Shown: piece by piece, positions 9,369 through 17,323 of the stretch
Position numbering within the stretch: position 1 is the stretch's first letter
Layout: each line of letters begins with the position of its first letter
DNA from: Pyrinomonadaceae bacterium
GTDB taxonomy: Bacteria > Acidobacteriota > Blastocatellia > Pyrinomonadales > Pyrinomonadaceae
Assembly: GCA_035995005.1 (NCBI GenBank)
Contig: DASYKW010000043.1
Location: forward strand, 1-60,496
Direction of reading: 5' to 3'
Length of the DNA stretch: 60,496 nt
Notes under the pieces: generated by a model
Database searches by the model: none
What the model was told of the DNA's origin: nothing
The model's input: the letters and a program-made list of their open reading frames with translations, nothing else
Position numbers and translations under genes: made by a program

Positions 9369-10214
9369 CTACGATCCGAAAGGCGAGGCCGGCTCGGGCT
9401 CGGGTATTTCCTTTGCCTTGTCAGGAGCGAGTTCCTTGACCTTGTCCTTGGCGTCGTTGGCGTTCTGCGACATACGGACAGGTTTGCCGTCCATGTCTTT
9501 GGCCTCGGCGGCGGTCTTTGCGATGTTGAAATAGATGTCTGCTGCTTCCTGCTTCTTGCCCTGCTTTTCGTAGACTTTCGCGAGGTTAAAGTTGATCGTG
9601 TCCTTCGCCACCACAGGATCACTCATGCTCGCCAGTTCCTGGTACAGGGTGGCTGCGTCGTCGAGACGATTGTCGTCGACTCGCGTCTGGGCAAGCGCAA
9701 ATTTCGCGAGTTTGGCAGTGTCCGAGCTTCCGTTTGCGATACCTTCCAGCTCCTGGATCGCCGCCTGGCGATCAACAAAGAGCTTGTTGGTTGCGATGAA
9801 ATACCTTGCCTTATCAGCCGCGGCGCCGCCGTACTGGTCGACGACGTTCTGGAATTGGGCGATCGCGGTCTCAGCTCGCTCCTTCTCGGTCTTGTAGGTC
9901 TTTTGGGTCGAGGTCGCCGGTTGGGGGGCATCTGTGACCTGCGCCTGCGACGTCTCGATAGCCTTTCCGAGTGCTGCCTGTGCCGCACCGCCGGATCTCG
10001 AATTCCACCGCATCACAAGCGCGGCAATAATGATCAGTACGACGATCGCCGCGATGCCATAGAGGATCGTTTTGCCCTTGCCCTCAAGCTTCTTGCCTGC
10101 CTGCTCGAGGCGCGGGACGACCTGCTGTTGAAACGGGTCAACGTAGGTCTTCTTCTCTTGTGGGGCCGAGGCTGCGGCCTCGAGCTGTTCAAATCGTCTC
10201 TTTTTACGTGCCAT
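9369..10214 (-). CDS. single-pass membrane TPR protein (YfgM-like architecture)
   Basis: Basic N-tail MARKKRRFEQ, one TM (ILYGIAAIVVLIIIAALVM), then TPR-like helices (LAKVYEKQGKKQEAADIYFNIAK). The fully overlapping + strand ORF 9360..10217 has junk-like composition. Confidence 0.75.
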   Translation of the reverse strand: MARKKRRFEQLEAAASAPQEKKTYVDPFQQQVVPRLEQAGKKLEGKGKTILYGIAAIVVLIIIAALVMRWNSRSGGAAQAALGKAIETSQAQVTDAPQPATSTQKTYKTEKERAETAIAQFQNVVDQYGGAAADKARYFIATNKLFVDRQAAIQELEGIANGSSDTAKLAKFALAQTRVDDNRLDDAATLYQELASMSDPVVAKDTINFNLAKVYEKQGKKQEAADIYFNIAKTAAEAKDMDGKPVRMSQNANDAKDKVKELAPDKAKEIPEPEPASPFGS

Positions 10215-10354
10215 TAGCTAAAAAATTGCAATTGTGAGCCATCGCGAGCGTTATATAATCGGGCTGACCCGCCATTTCACAAAAGTATAAATGTAGCCTA
10301 ATTTACGGGTCAGGGCAAATAATCAGTCGACTTACAGTGACGGAAAGATTTCTT

Positions 10355-10383
10355 GGAACAAAGTTTGAAACGACGGTGTCTAA
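10355..10383 (+). promoter_or_regulatory. candidate ECF (sigmaE-type) autoregulated promoter
   Basis: GGAAC (10355-10359), 19-nt spacer, TCTAA (10379-10383), about 65 nt upstream of the ECF sigma start. From memory it resembles the GGAACTT-N16-TCTAA class. The spacer is about 1 nt long. Confidence 0.3.
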
Positions 10384-10448
10384 ACAAATAGCCCGCAAGT
10401 TGCTTGATACGCGGGAGGTTGACAGCACCTGAAGGGTGAAAACGGGCG

Positions 10449-11096
10449 ATGATCTTTAGCGAGTCGATCACATATGACGATGCAGGGCACAGTCGGACTC
10501 GAGGGTCCGTCGCCGCTGTGGGCTCGCGTGAAGATACAGATTACCTTGACGCCCTGCGAGCCGGAGAGGCCGCAGCATTTGAAACACTAGTCGACCGGTA
10601 TTCCGGTGATATATACGCCCTGCTGTATCGCCTGACCGATAACCCGGACGATGCGAGCGACCTGACGCAGGACACGTTCCTGCGAGCTCTGAGGTCGGTG
10701 AAGGGATTTCGCGGAGACGCGAGTTTGAAAACCTGGCTTTTTCGCATCGCGATAAACGAATCGCGAAACCGGTTTCGCTGGTGGAAGCGAAGACGGCGTG
10801 ACGTGACGGTCTCGCTTGACGTCGCGATCGGCGATACCGACCGGACGATCTTTGATACGCTTGCGGACCGCGGCGAGAGTCCTGAGGATTCAGCTATCGC
10901 CCGCGAGAGGGAAGCAAGCTTGAGCGAGGCTCTTGCGCAGCTTGCCGATATTTACCGGGAGGCCGTCGTGCTTTGCGACATCGAGGGACTCTCATATGAG
11001 GAAACCGCCGCCGCCCTCGGAATCGGGCTCGGAACGGTGAAATCGCGGATCTCCCGCGGACGCGACGAGCTGAGAAAACGGCTCAAGGATATTTGA
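10449..11096 (+). CDS. ECF-family RNA polymerase sigma factor
   Basis: Region 2 (DASDLTQDTFLRALRSVKGFRGDASLKTWLFRIAINESRN) and region 4 HTH (YREAVVLCDIEGLSYEETAAALGIGLGTVKSRISRGRDEL). Confidence 0.92.
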   Translation: MIFSESITYDDAGHSRTRGSVAAVGSREDTDYLDALRAGEAAAFETLVDRYSGDIYALLYRLTDNPDDASDLTQDTFLRALRSVKGFRGDASLKTWLFRIAINESRNRFRWWKRRRRDVTVSLDVAIGDTDRTIFDTLADRGESPEDSAIAREREASLSEALAQLADIYREAVVLCDIEGLSYEETAAALGIGLGTVKSRISRGRDELRKRLKDI

Positions 11097-11107
11097 TAAC
11101 CGACGAA

Positions 11108-11333
11108 TGAAAGGCTGACTCACCCCGGACTCGGTAGACTAAAGATCGGTGCCAAACGACAGGTCAAGAGAGCGAAGGTTGAGGAACGGCGAAGTGAGGA
11201 ACGATGCAAAGCACAGAATTTGAAACGACCAGCAACATCGGATCAAATGCGGCGGATCGATCGGATCGAATCCTGACAGCAGCTAACGCGACTGTTTTCG
11301 TTAAGGAAGCAGCCGGGGTCAGTGAGCCTTTCG
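11108..11333. repeat. long-range inverted repeat closing the sigma/anti-sigma spacer
   Basis: 11108-11128 TGAAAGGCTGACTCACCCCGG pairs with 11313-11333 CCGGGGTCAGTGAGCCTTTCG. That is 18 Watson-Crick pairs plus 1 G-U out of 21, with two mismatches, enclosing about 184 nt. Confidence 0.7.
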
Positions 11334-11361
11334 CTTTTCGGTTAGGTTGAGCAATAAAGCG

Positions 11362-12183
11362 ATGAAGTGCTCAAATTTACATTCCGATCTTGCGGTATAC
11401 GCCGACGGCCTCCTGTCCGAAAAGGAAGCGGCCTCGGTCGCGGCGCATCTTGAGACCTGCCCGGTGTGCCGTATCGCTCAAAGCGAAATAGTTGAGTTGC
11501 GATCGGCGCTTCGGCGGATGCAGCGGCCTGAGATGCCATCCGCGATGCGAAAGCAGCTGCAAGCGGCGGTTACCTCCGAGCGTCGTGCGACCAAGCACTC
11601 ATGGCTACCGTTCACCGCGGATATTCGCGAGTGGCTTACGCTGCGAGTGATGCCGTATGGTGTTGGCGTCGCAGCTACCGTAATGCTCGGGCTTGGACTT
11701 CTTTTGATGATCAATTCGAGCGGAGGCCGTTATACGCAGTTTGCCGCGGCCCCCGGTGAGTCCGGCATTCTGCTCGCATCTAACCACGATCCGCTTGCAG
11801 ATGTTACGGTTGACGGCATCTCGCCGGCAGCCTTTGCCCGCTCGCGTAATGACGTGTCGCGCGAGAGTCCCAGTATCAATCCAAAAGGTGCTCTTGTAGC
11901 ACTGACCCGGTCGCTTGTTCGCGGGAATATGAAGGATGACGAGGTCGTCGTCGTAGCGGATGTTTTTGGCAATGGCCTTGCGCAGATCGCCGAGGTTATC
12001 GAGCCGTCGCGTGACCGTAACGCCGTCGAGGAGCTTCAAAAGGCGCTGGGGACGGACCCCTCTTATGCTCCTTTCGTTCCTGCGACTATGGAGAATCGCC
12101 CGCAATCGATGCGCGTGGTGCTCCGCTTTCAGAGCGTAAACGTTAATACCAATCTAAAGAAGATCGGGCGGACCAAGCTCTAA
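11362..12183 (+). CDS. anti-sigma factor (zf-HC2 type), single-pass membrane
   Basis: HLETCPVCR = HxxxCxxC zinc motif near the N-terminus, with a TM (VMPYGVGVAATVMLGLGLLLMI). ATG 11362 is preferred over TTG 11347. Confidence 0.85.
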   Translation: MKCSNLHSDLAVYADGLLSEKEAASVAAHLETCPVCRIAQSEIVELRSALRRMQRPEMPSAMRKQLQAAVTSERRATKHSWLPFTADIREWLTLRVMPYGVGVAATVMLGLGLLLMINSSGGRYTQFAAAPGESGILLASNHDPLADVTVDGISPAAFARSRNDVSRESPSINPKGALVALTRSLVRGNMKDDEVVVVADVFGNGLAQIAEVIEPSRDRNAVEELQKALGTDPSYAPFVPATMENRPQSMRVVLRFQSVNVNTNLKKIGRTKL

Positions 12184-12186
12184 GTT

Positions 12187-13569
12187 TTACATCTTATCGA
12201 TCTCGGCCTTGAGGAGGGCGGCGATCTTCGGGTCGAGCTCGAGGAGCTTGTTGTATTGCTCTTGCGCAGCGGGCTTCATCTTTTTGCGCGTGTAGATAAT
12301 ACCGAGGTTGTATCGGGCCTTAGCGTATTTGGGACTTATCTGCAGGCATTTCAGATACGCCTCGCCCGCCTTGTCACGCTGATTGTCGGCGAAGTAGGCA
12401 TTCCCCAGCAGATACCAGCCGTCCGAGTAATCGGGCAGCTTGGTGACGTAATCTTCGAGCCCCTTAACGGCCAGCGAATACATCTTGGTCGCTTCGACGT
12501 TCTTCCCCGTGAGATTCATAGCCCGGCCGAGGTAGAAGTATGTTTCGCCGTCACCCGGTGCGATACGGAGCGCCGTATTGCATGCGTTTATCGCAAGATC
12601 GTACTGCTTGTTGTCATTATAAGCACGGCAAAGATTGGTGTAGCCAAGGTATTCTTTCGGCAGGAATATGACCGCTGCCTTTGCGGCCTCCACGGCATCC
12701 TGTGGGCGGTCGGCAAGGCTGTAATACCAGCTAACGTCAGTAAATAACGCTCCGCTGTTCGGGTATGTCCTGAGGCCCTGCTTCATCGCGTTGATGGCAT
12801 CCGTGTAGCGGCCCTCGCTGCGATATGCCTCGCCAAGGTTGCGATAGACGTTGACATTGTCCTGCTTCGCGGCGATGGCGCGGGTATAAGCGTCTATGGA
12901 AGCAGACCAGTTATGCTGCTTGTCGTGGGCCCCGCCCAGAAGGATGTACGTCTCGCCTACGAACCGCGTACCTTTTTTTAATGCGTTCTCAGCCGCGGTT
13001 TGCGTCGAAGCGGGGTTGCCCACGGCCGCGTATGTACGGGCAAGGTAATAGTCGACGTCGGCGTCATTCGGGGCGATCGTCGACGCTTGCCGGAGAGCTT
13101 CGAGGGCCCCCGCCGGATCATTCTTTGCGAGATCGACCTCGCCGAGGCCTTTCAGCAATAGCAGATCGCTCGGAGCTAGCTGCAGCCCGGCGCGTATGTC
13201 CTGAGCGGCTCGCTCGTAATCCAGTATCTGGTAGTAAATGAACGCACGGACGCGGTATATCTCGAGCGGTTTAAAGCCCTGAGTCAACGCGGTCGAGAAT
13301 TCATTAAGGGCCTCGACATTTTGCTTCAGCTCGAGATGAGCAAAGGCCTTGCGATAGTGCGCATACGGATTCGTGGCGACTACGGCGATCGACTGGCCGT
13401 ATTTGTCGATCGCATCCTGAAAGTTCTTTGCGACGAAAGATTTGTCGCCGAGGTCTTGAAGCTTTTTGGCTTGTTCCCTCTGCTTCTTATTCTGCGCTCC
13501 GAGCGGCGTTGCCACTGCGACCAGCAGGAGGAGAAGGGCGATCGGTCTTAACGAATTGATCTTGATCAT
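12187..13569 (-). CDS. secreted TPR-repeat protein
   Basis: Signal peptide MIKINSLRPIALLLLLVAVATPLGAQ followed by about 10 TPR-like units. Its start overlaps the kinase stop (ATGA). Confidence 0.85.
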   Translation of the reverse strand: MIKINSLRPIALLLLLVAVATPLGAQNKKQREQAKKLQDLGDKSFVAKNFQDAIDKYGQSIAVVATNPYAHYRKAFAHLELKQNVEALNEFSTALTQGFKPLEIYRVRAFIYYQILDYERAAQDIRAGLQLAPSDLLLLKGLGEVDLAKNDPAGALEALRQASTIAPNDADVDYYLARTYAAVGNPASTQTAAENALKKGTRFVGETYILLGGAHDKQHNWSASIDAYTRAIAAKQDNVNVYRNLGEAYRSEGRYTDAINAMKQGLRTYPNSGALFTDVSWYYSLADRPQDAVEAAKAAVIFLPKEYLGYTNLCRAYNDNKQYDLAINACNTALRIAPGDGETYFYLGRAMNLTGKNVEATKMYSLAVKGLEDYVTKLPDYSDGWYLLGNAYFADNQRDKAGEAYLKCLQISPKYAKARYNLGIIYTRKKMKPAAQEQYNKLLELDPKIAALLKAEIDKM

Positions 13570-15134
13570 TGCAGTATCGTGGTGCGGTCGTCCGACTTTT
13601 TAGGCGTTGATTTTGTTGTCGGTGGCTTTGTAGCGCCTGGTGTCGATTTGGCGACCACCTGCGGCGTCGGCCGGATCGTCGGACCGCCTGTGGTGACGTC
13701 ACGGTTATCGCCGGCGGGTGTCGTATTCGTGTCGCTCGTGACGGCTGTGTTTGACTCAGGAGTCGAGGTTTCGACGACGTTCACAGTCGGTATCGGGGTT
13801 GGCTCAACGCTTGGAGCCGGTGTCGGCGTGGCGTCCACCTTAACGGCGTAGTAATTCTTGTAATAATACCAGCCCCCGCCACCGGCGATGCCCGCGATCA
13901 GCAAGAGACCGATAAGGGCTCCGACGATGAGAGGTATCTTTGATGCTTTTTTCTCCTGCGTCGGAGCGACCAGTGAGTGCCCCGTTGTACCAGTAGCCTG
14001 TTCGCCTCCGGCTGCCGCCGCCGCAACGATTGGCTGCTGCGTTTGTTGAGGAGTCGGCAGGATCGCCGTCTGGATGCCGGCTTGCTCGGCAGCCGCTGAT
14101 GGTTCCATGCGGGCTGTTACATCGGCTGGCGGAGCGGAGATATGTATACGTTCCGCCGTCGCCATCTCCGGCAGCGATGATGCCATGGGATCGATCGTAT
14201 CTATCGGCACCGTTGCCGCTAGCGGCGGGGCCGTTTCAATCATCCTCGTCTTTGCTTCGCTGGCTGGCTTGGCGTCGCTCGCGGCGTTCTTTGGTGCGTT
14301 GAAGGCCCGACGTAGCGCCTTTTGCATGTCTAGGGCACTCGCCCAACGCTGGTCTTGGCGGACAGAAAGTCCATGCAGAATTGCGTCCGAGATCGGTTTT
14401 GTGACCTCGTCATTAACGCCGGTCAGCGGTTTTATCGGATCGTCGTTACCGCCTAGGATCGCCTCGGCCCGCGTAAGTGCGTCAGGCGGGACGAGATTGC
14501 TCAGGAACTGGTAAAGGGTCGCCGACAGCGAATAGATATCACTGCGAGCGTCGGTACCAGTGCCGCGGACCTGCTCCATCGACGCAAAGTGCGGCGAGTA
14601 TCCGACGACGCTTCCGGTCGCGGGAGCCTCTTTAGAGCCGGTCTCAAAGTCCTTCGAGAGTCCGAAATCCAGTAAGATGATGTGATTCTCATCAGTCAGC
14701 TTAAGATTCTCCGGTTTGATGTCGCGATGAATGATCGGCGGCTCATGCGAGTGAAGATAGTTAAGCGCGTCGAGTAGCTGGTCGGCCCAGAACATCACCC
14801 AGCTGAGAGGAAAGGGCTTGTTGGCATTTGCGAGACGCTTACCGAGATCGTCACCGGAGATATTCTCCATCACGAGGAATTGTCCCTCGCCCTCGATAAA
14901 GTGATCGATCACTTTTGGCAGGACAGGATGTCGGAGTCGCGCGAGAATGCGCGCTTCGCGCTCGAAGGCATTGCCGAGCGTCGAATCCGATTCGAACCTC
15001 GTGCGCTTGAGAGCGACGGCGCTTCCCAAACGCTGATCGACAGCGAGGTACACTTCACCCATTCCGCCCTTGCCGATCGATTGAACGACAAGATAGCGGC
15101 TCCCGATCATCGTGTTGGGGGCGAGCTGTTTCAT
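13566..15134 (-). CDS. Hanks-type Ser/Thr protein kinase, single-pass membrane
   Basis: G-loop GKGGMGEVY, VALK, catalytic loop HRDIKPENL, DFGLS. A TM (IPLIVGALIGLLLIAGIAGGGGW) and a Thr/Pro-rich extracellular tail follow. Confidence 0.92.
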   Translation of the reverse strand: MKQLAPNTMIGSRYLVVQSIGKGGMGEVYLAVDQRLGSAVALKRTRFESDSTLGNAFEREARILARLRHPVLPKVIDHFIEGEGQFLVMENISGDDLGKRLANANKPFPLSWVMFWADQLLDALNYLHSHEPPIIHRDIKPENLKLTDENHIILLDFGLSKDFETGSKEAPATGSVVGYSPHFASMEQVRGTGTDARSDIYSLSATLYQFLSNLVPPDALTRAEAILGGNDDPIKPLTGVNDEVTKPISDAILHGLSVRQDQRWASALDMQKALRRAFNAPKNAASDAKPASEAKTRMIETAPPLAATVPIDTIDPMASSLPEMATAERIHISAPPADVTARMEPSAAAEQAGIQTAILPTPQQTQQPIVAAAAAGGEQATGTTGHSLVAPTQEKKASKIPLIVGALIGLLLIAGIAGGGGWYYYKNYYAVKVDATPTPAPSVEPTPIPTVNVVETSTPESNTAVTSDTNTTPAGDNRDVTTGGPTIRPTPQVVAKSTPGATKPPTTKSTPKKSDDRTTILQ

Positions 15135-15144
15135 AAGCAGGTAT

Positions 15145-15663
15145 CTAGCTAACTCTCAATTTTTCTTGTGGCAGCATCGCCGGCATTCCCAGGTGCTGAT
15201 AGCACCGGATAGGTCCATGAACGCGACGCGAGCACGGCGTGCCTTTCTTTGTCTGTGCTCCGCACACATAAACAACGTCCTGAGGCGTCGTTCTTGCAGC
15301 CGAAATTTGCGGCGGCACGGCCGCAACGTTTTTTGGCTGCACGGCCATATTGCTCATCGGAGCGGCTTGGATCGCAGGTGGTGGCGGCTGAGCGGTCAAC
15401 TGAGCGCCTGATGCCGGTCTTTCTATCGGTTGCTGCGCTAGCTTGACCAGACGCGTCTCCGCTGCGTTCCCGCTTTTCAAATAACTTCCAAGTCCAAGGA
15501 CCCCGATAAGTACGCCGGCCGCCACTATCGCCCGCGGAATGAGGTCCAGGCCTTTGAATTCACTTTCGCAGACGGGACAGAAGCGGCGGCTGGTGAATAT
15601 TCCCCAGTCGCTGCGCTCGATCTTCTCTCCGCAATTTGCGCAAAAGCTTGGGCGAAAGAGCAT
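15145..15663 (-). CDS. zinc-ribbon membrane protein (hypothetical)
   Basis: N-terminal CANCGEK..FCPVCE (CxxC-N17-CxxC), one TM (AIVAAGVLIGVLGLGSYL), C-terminal C-x9-C-x9-C-x2-H (CGAQTKKGTPCSRRVHGPIRCYQH). ATG 15663 is preferred over TTG 15705 because of the promoter at 15694-15722. Confidence 0.7.
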   Translation of the reverse strand: MLFRPSFCANCGEKIERSDWGIFTSRRFCPVCESEFKGLDLIPRAIVAAGVLIGVLGLGSYLKSGNAAETRLVKLAQQPIERPASGAQLTAQPPPPAIQAAPMSNMAVQPKNVAAVPPQISAARTTPQDVVYVCGAQTKKGTPCSRRVHGPIRCYQHLGMPAMLPQEKLRVS

Positions 15664-15693
15664 TTGTCCGTGTCCGTCGAGAGGTTGGGAACG

Positions 15694-15722
15694 ATTATAG
15701 CCCAAAACCCGTATTCTGTTAA
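15694..15722 (-). promoter_or_regulatory. sigma70-like promoter for the Zn-ribbon/kinase/TPR operon
   Basis: On the minus strand: TTAACA (15722-15717), 17 nt, TATAAT (15699-15694), about 30 nt before ATG 15663. A 7-bp inverted repeat AAAACCC/GGGTTTT (15705-15711 / 15724-15730) flanks the -35. Confidence 0.5.
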
Positions 15723-15796
15723 GGGTTTTGCGTTGCGGCGGTCAATATACAACGGCATTTCCCGTCACGGCGTCAAACAAGCTAACATTTTCTCGC

Positions 15797-16786
15797 ATGA
15801 AGTTTCTAAAGTTCCTGTTCACGATCATATTTATTCTGTCCGCGGTGGTCGCGGTCTCGGCTCAGGACGATGAGACGATCAAGGTCGACACATCGCTTGT
15901 TCGGCTGAATATCGGTGTCGTCGACCACAAAGGCCATCCGCGGGTCGATCTCGCTCAAGGGAACTTCGACGTCTTTGAGGACGGCGTAAAGCAGCAGATC
16001 ACGAGATTTGAGCCCACCGAGGCTCCGTTCAGCCTTGTGTTGATGCTCGATATGAGCGGCTCAACTCTCGGGTTTCGGCAAGTTTTGAAGCAGTCAGCGA
16101 CACGTTTTCTCGACGTGTTGTCGCCACAGGACCGGGTCGCCGTCGTCGAGTTTAACGAGAAGCCGTCTTTAAGGAACGATTTCACGACGGATCGCCGAAC
16201 GATCGCAAATTCGATCGCGGTCTCGAATGGGCAAGGGAAAACTCAGCTCTATAAGGCTATAGATTTTGCATTGGACAAGCTCTCTAAGGAGAAGAGCCGT
16301 CGCAAGGCGATCATTGTGCTGACCGACGGCATGGATACGTCTGTCCGCGACCAGGACCGCACGATCCTCGAGCGTGCCGGCGACGCGCAGGCGGCGACCG
16401 CGATCAAGCCTGAATCAAGCGAACTGCTGAACCGCATTCTCAACCGCTCGGACGCGCAGGGCGTGACCATTTACCCGCTGGCGTTGCCGACCGGCGATCC
16501 CGAGAAACTCGCCGATCCAACCCCGCTACAGGTCGCGATGTTCAAGGCCGCGAGGGACAGGCTGCAGATCGTCGCAATGCGAACAGGGGGCCGTCTCAAT
16601 ACGATCAACCGTCTCGAGGAGATGGGCCGACTTTACGCCGAGGTCGCCGCCGACATTCGCACGCTCTACACGATCGAATACATCTCGCCCAACGACAAAC
16701 GCGACGGCAAATGGCGCGACATCCGCATCGACGTCCGCGATCCCGAGCTGATCTCTCGAACTCGGCAGGGCTATTACGCTAAGTAG
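15797..16786 (+). CDS. VWA-domain protein, acidobacterial VWFA-related type, secreted
   Basis: Signal peptide MKFLKFLFTIIFILSAVVAVSAQ and MIDAS DMSGS. The conserved N-terminal beta segment (VDTSLVRLNIGVVD..FDVFEDGVKQQI) and C-terminal YTIEYISPND..WRDIRIDV match my recollection of TIGR03436. Paralogous to 37530..38708. Confidence 0.88.
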   Translation: MKFLKFLFTIIFILSAVVAVSAQDDETIKVDTSLVRLNIGVVDHKGHPRVDLAQGNFDVFEDGVKQQITRFEPTEAPFSLVLMLDMSGSTLGFRQVLKQSATRFLDVLSPQDRVAVVEFNEKPSLRNDFTTDRRTIANSIAVSNGQGKTQLYKAIDFALDKLSKEKSRRKAIIVLTDGMDTSVRDQDRTILERAGDAQAATAIKPESSELLNRILNRSDAQGVTIYPLALPTGDPEKLADPTPLQVAMFKAARDRLQIVAMRTGGRLNTINRLEEMGRLYAEVAADIRTLYTIEYISPNDKRDGKWRDIRIDVRDPELISRTRQGYYAK

Positions 16787-16870
16787 TTGAGATATGGGAG
16801 CGGCGAATTAAGAAGGCCGGAGCTTCTGACGCTTCGACGCTTCAATTCTCCATTCAATTGGGCCTCTCTC

Positions 16871-16899
16871 TTGACGGAAACGCGTCGAGTCGGTAGCCT
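16871..16899 (+). promoter_or_regulatory. candidate promoter of tRNA-Arg
   Basis: TTGACG (16871-16876), 17 nt, TAGCCT (16894-16899), 15 nt before the mature tRNA 5' end. Confidence 0.35.
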
Positions 16900-16914
16900 A
16901 GTAATTCGCGTTTC

Positions 16915-16991
16915 GCACCCGTAGCTCAGCTGGATAGAGTACTTGACTACGAATCAAGGGGTCGCATGTTCGAATCATGCCGGGTGTACCA
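16915..16991 (+). tRNA. tRNA-Arg (anticodon ACG), CCA encoded
   Basis: Hand-folded cloverleaf of 77 nt. Acceptor GCACCCG/CGGGTGT, D-arm GCTC..GAGT, anticodon arm CTTGA-CTACGAA-TCAAG, T-arm GCATG-TTCGAAT-CATGC, discriminator A plus CCA. Confidence 0.92.
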
Positions 16992-17030
16992 CTCATTACG
17001 TAAGTAAACAGGACGTTTACGAGAAAAAAA

Positions 17031-17056
17031 AGACAGGCTTTTGGCCTGTCTTTTTC
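17031..17056. terminator. intrinsic terminator after tRNA-Arg (bidirectional shape)
   Basis: An A8 run, then AGACAGGC-TTTTG-GCCTGTCT, then TTTTC. Confidence 0.8.
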
Positions 17057-17086
17057 AATGTGGGAGCGGAAGCGTCTAATTCAGCT

Positions 17087-17118
17087 GGTTCGAACGCCTC
17101 GTGGGCGACGTTCGAACC
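17087..17118. repeat. perfect 10-bp inverted repeat
   Basis: GGTTCGAACG (17087-17096), 12-nt loop, CGTTCGAACC (17109-17118). It lies between the tRNA terminator and the sigma/CHAT module. Confidence 0.6.
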
Positions 17119-17251
17119 GACTTCCCCCCGGCTAGAAAATAAAGTCCCTTTGATTGCTAATGCGAAAACCGTCGAAAACCTTTCAACCGTTCTCGCCGAG
17201 ACCTAAAAAGATAAGTAATTGCGAAAGTTAATATCGATCGCGGGCAGGCCT

Positions 17252-17281
17252 TTGCTAATATTTCAGCTCTTGCCCCATAAT
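17252..17281 (+). promoter_or_regulatory. candidate sigma70-like promoter of the sigma/CHAT module
   Basis: TTGCTA (17252-17257), 18 nt, CATAAT (17276-17281), 42 nt upstream of ATG 17324. Confidence 0.35.
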
Positions 17282-17323
17282 GGCGAAATCGCTTGGCAAG
17301 GTTAATCCTTCCACTCGTTCCTG

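Noticed and set aside
9360-10217. 285-aa plus-strand ORF coextensive with 9369..10214 (minus strand)
   Set aside because: The minus-strand product has a coherent basic tail, a TM and TPR architecture. The plus-strand product is Leu/Arg/Cys-rich with no features.
17087-17118. Inverted repeat containing TCAGCTGG and GTTCGAAC strings, considered as a decayed tRNA fragment or att site marking an integrated island
   Set aside because: Only 7-8 nt match the tRNA-Arg D and T loops. TTCGAA is itself palindromic, and no integrase is present. It is kept as a plain inverted-repeat feature.
16943-17206. 87-aa ORF after the VWA gene
   Set aside because: It starts inside tRNA-Arg and runs through the intrinsic terminator, so it is not coding.
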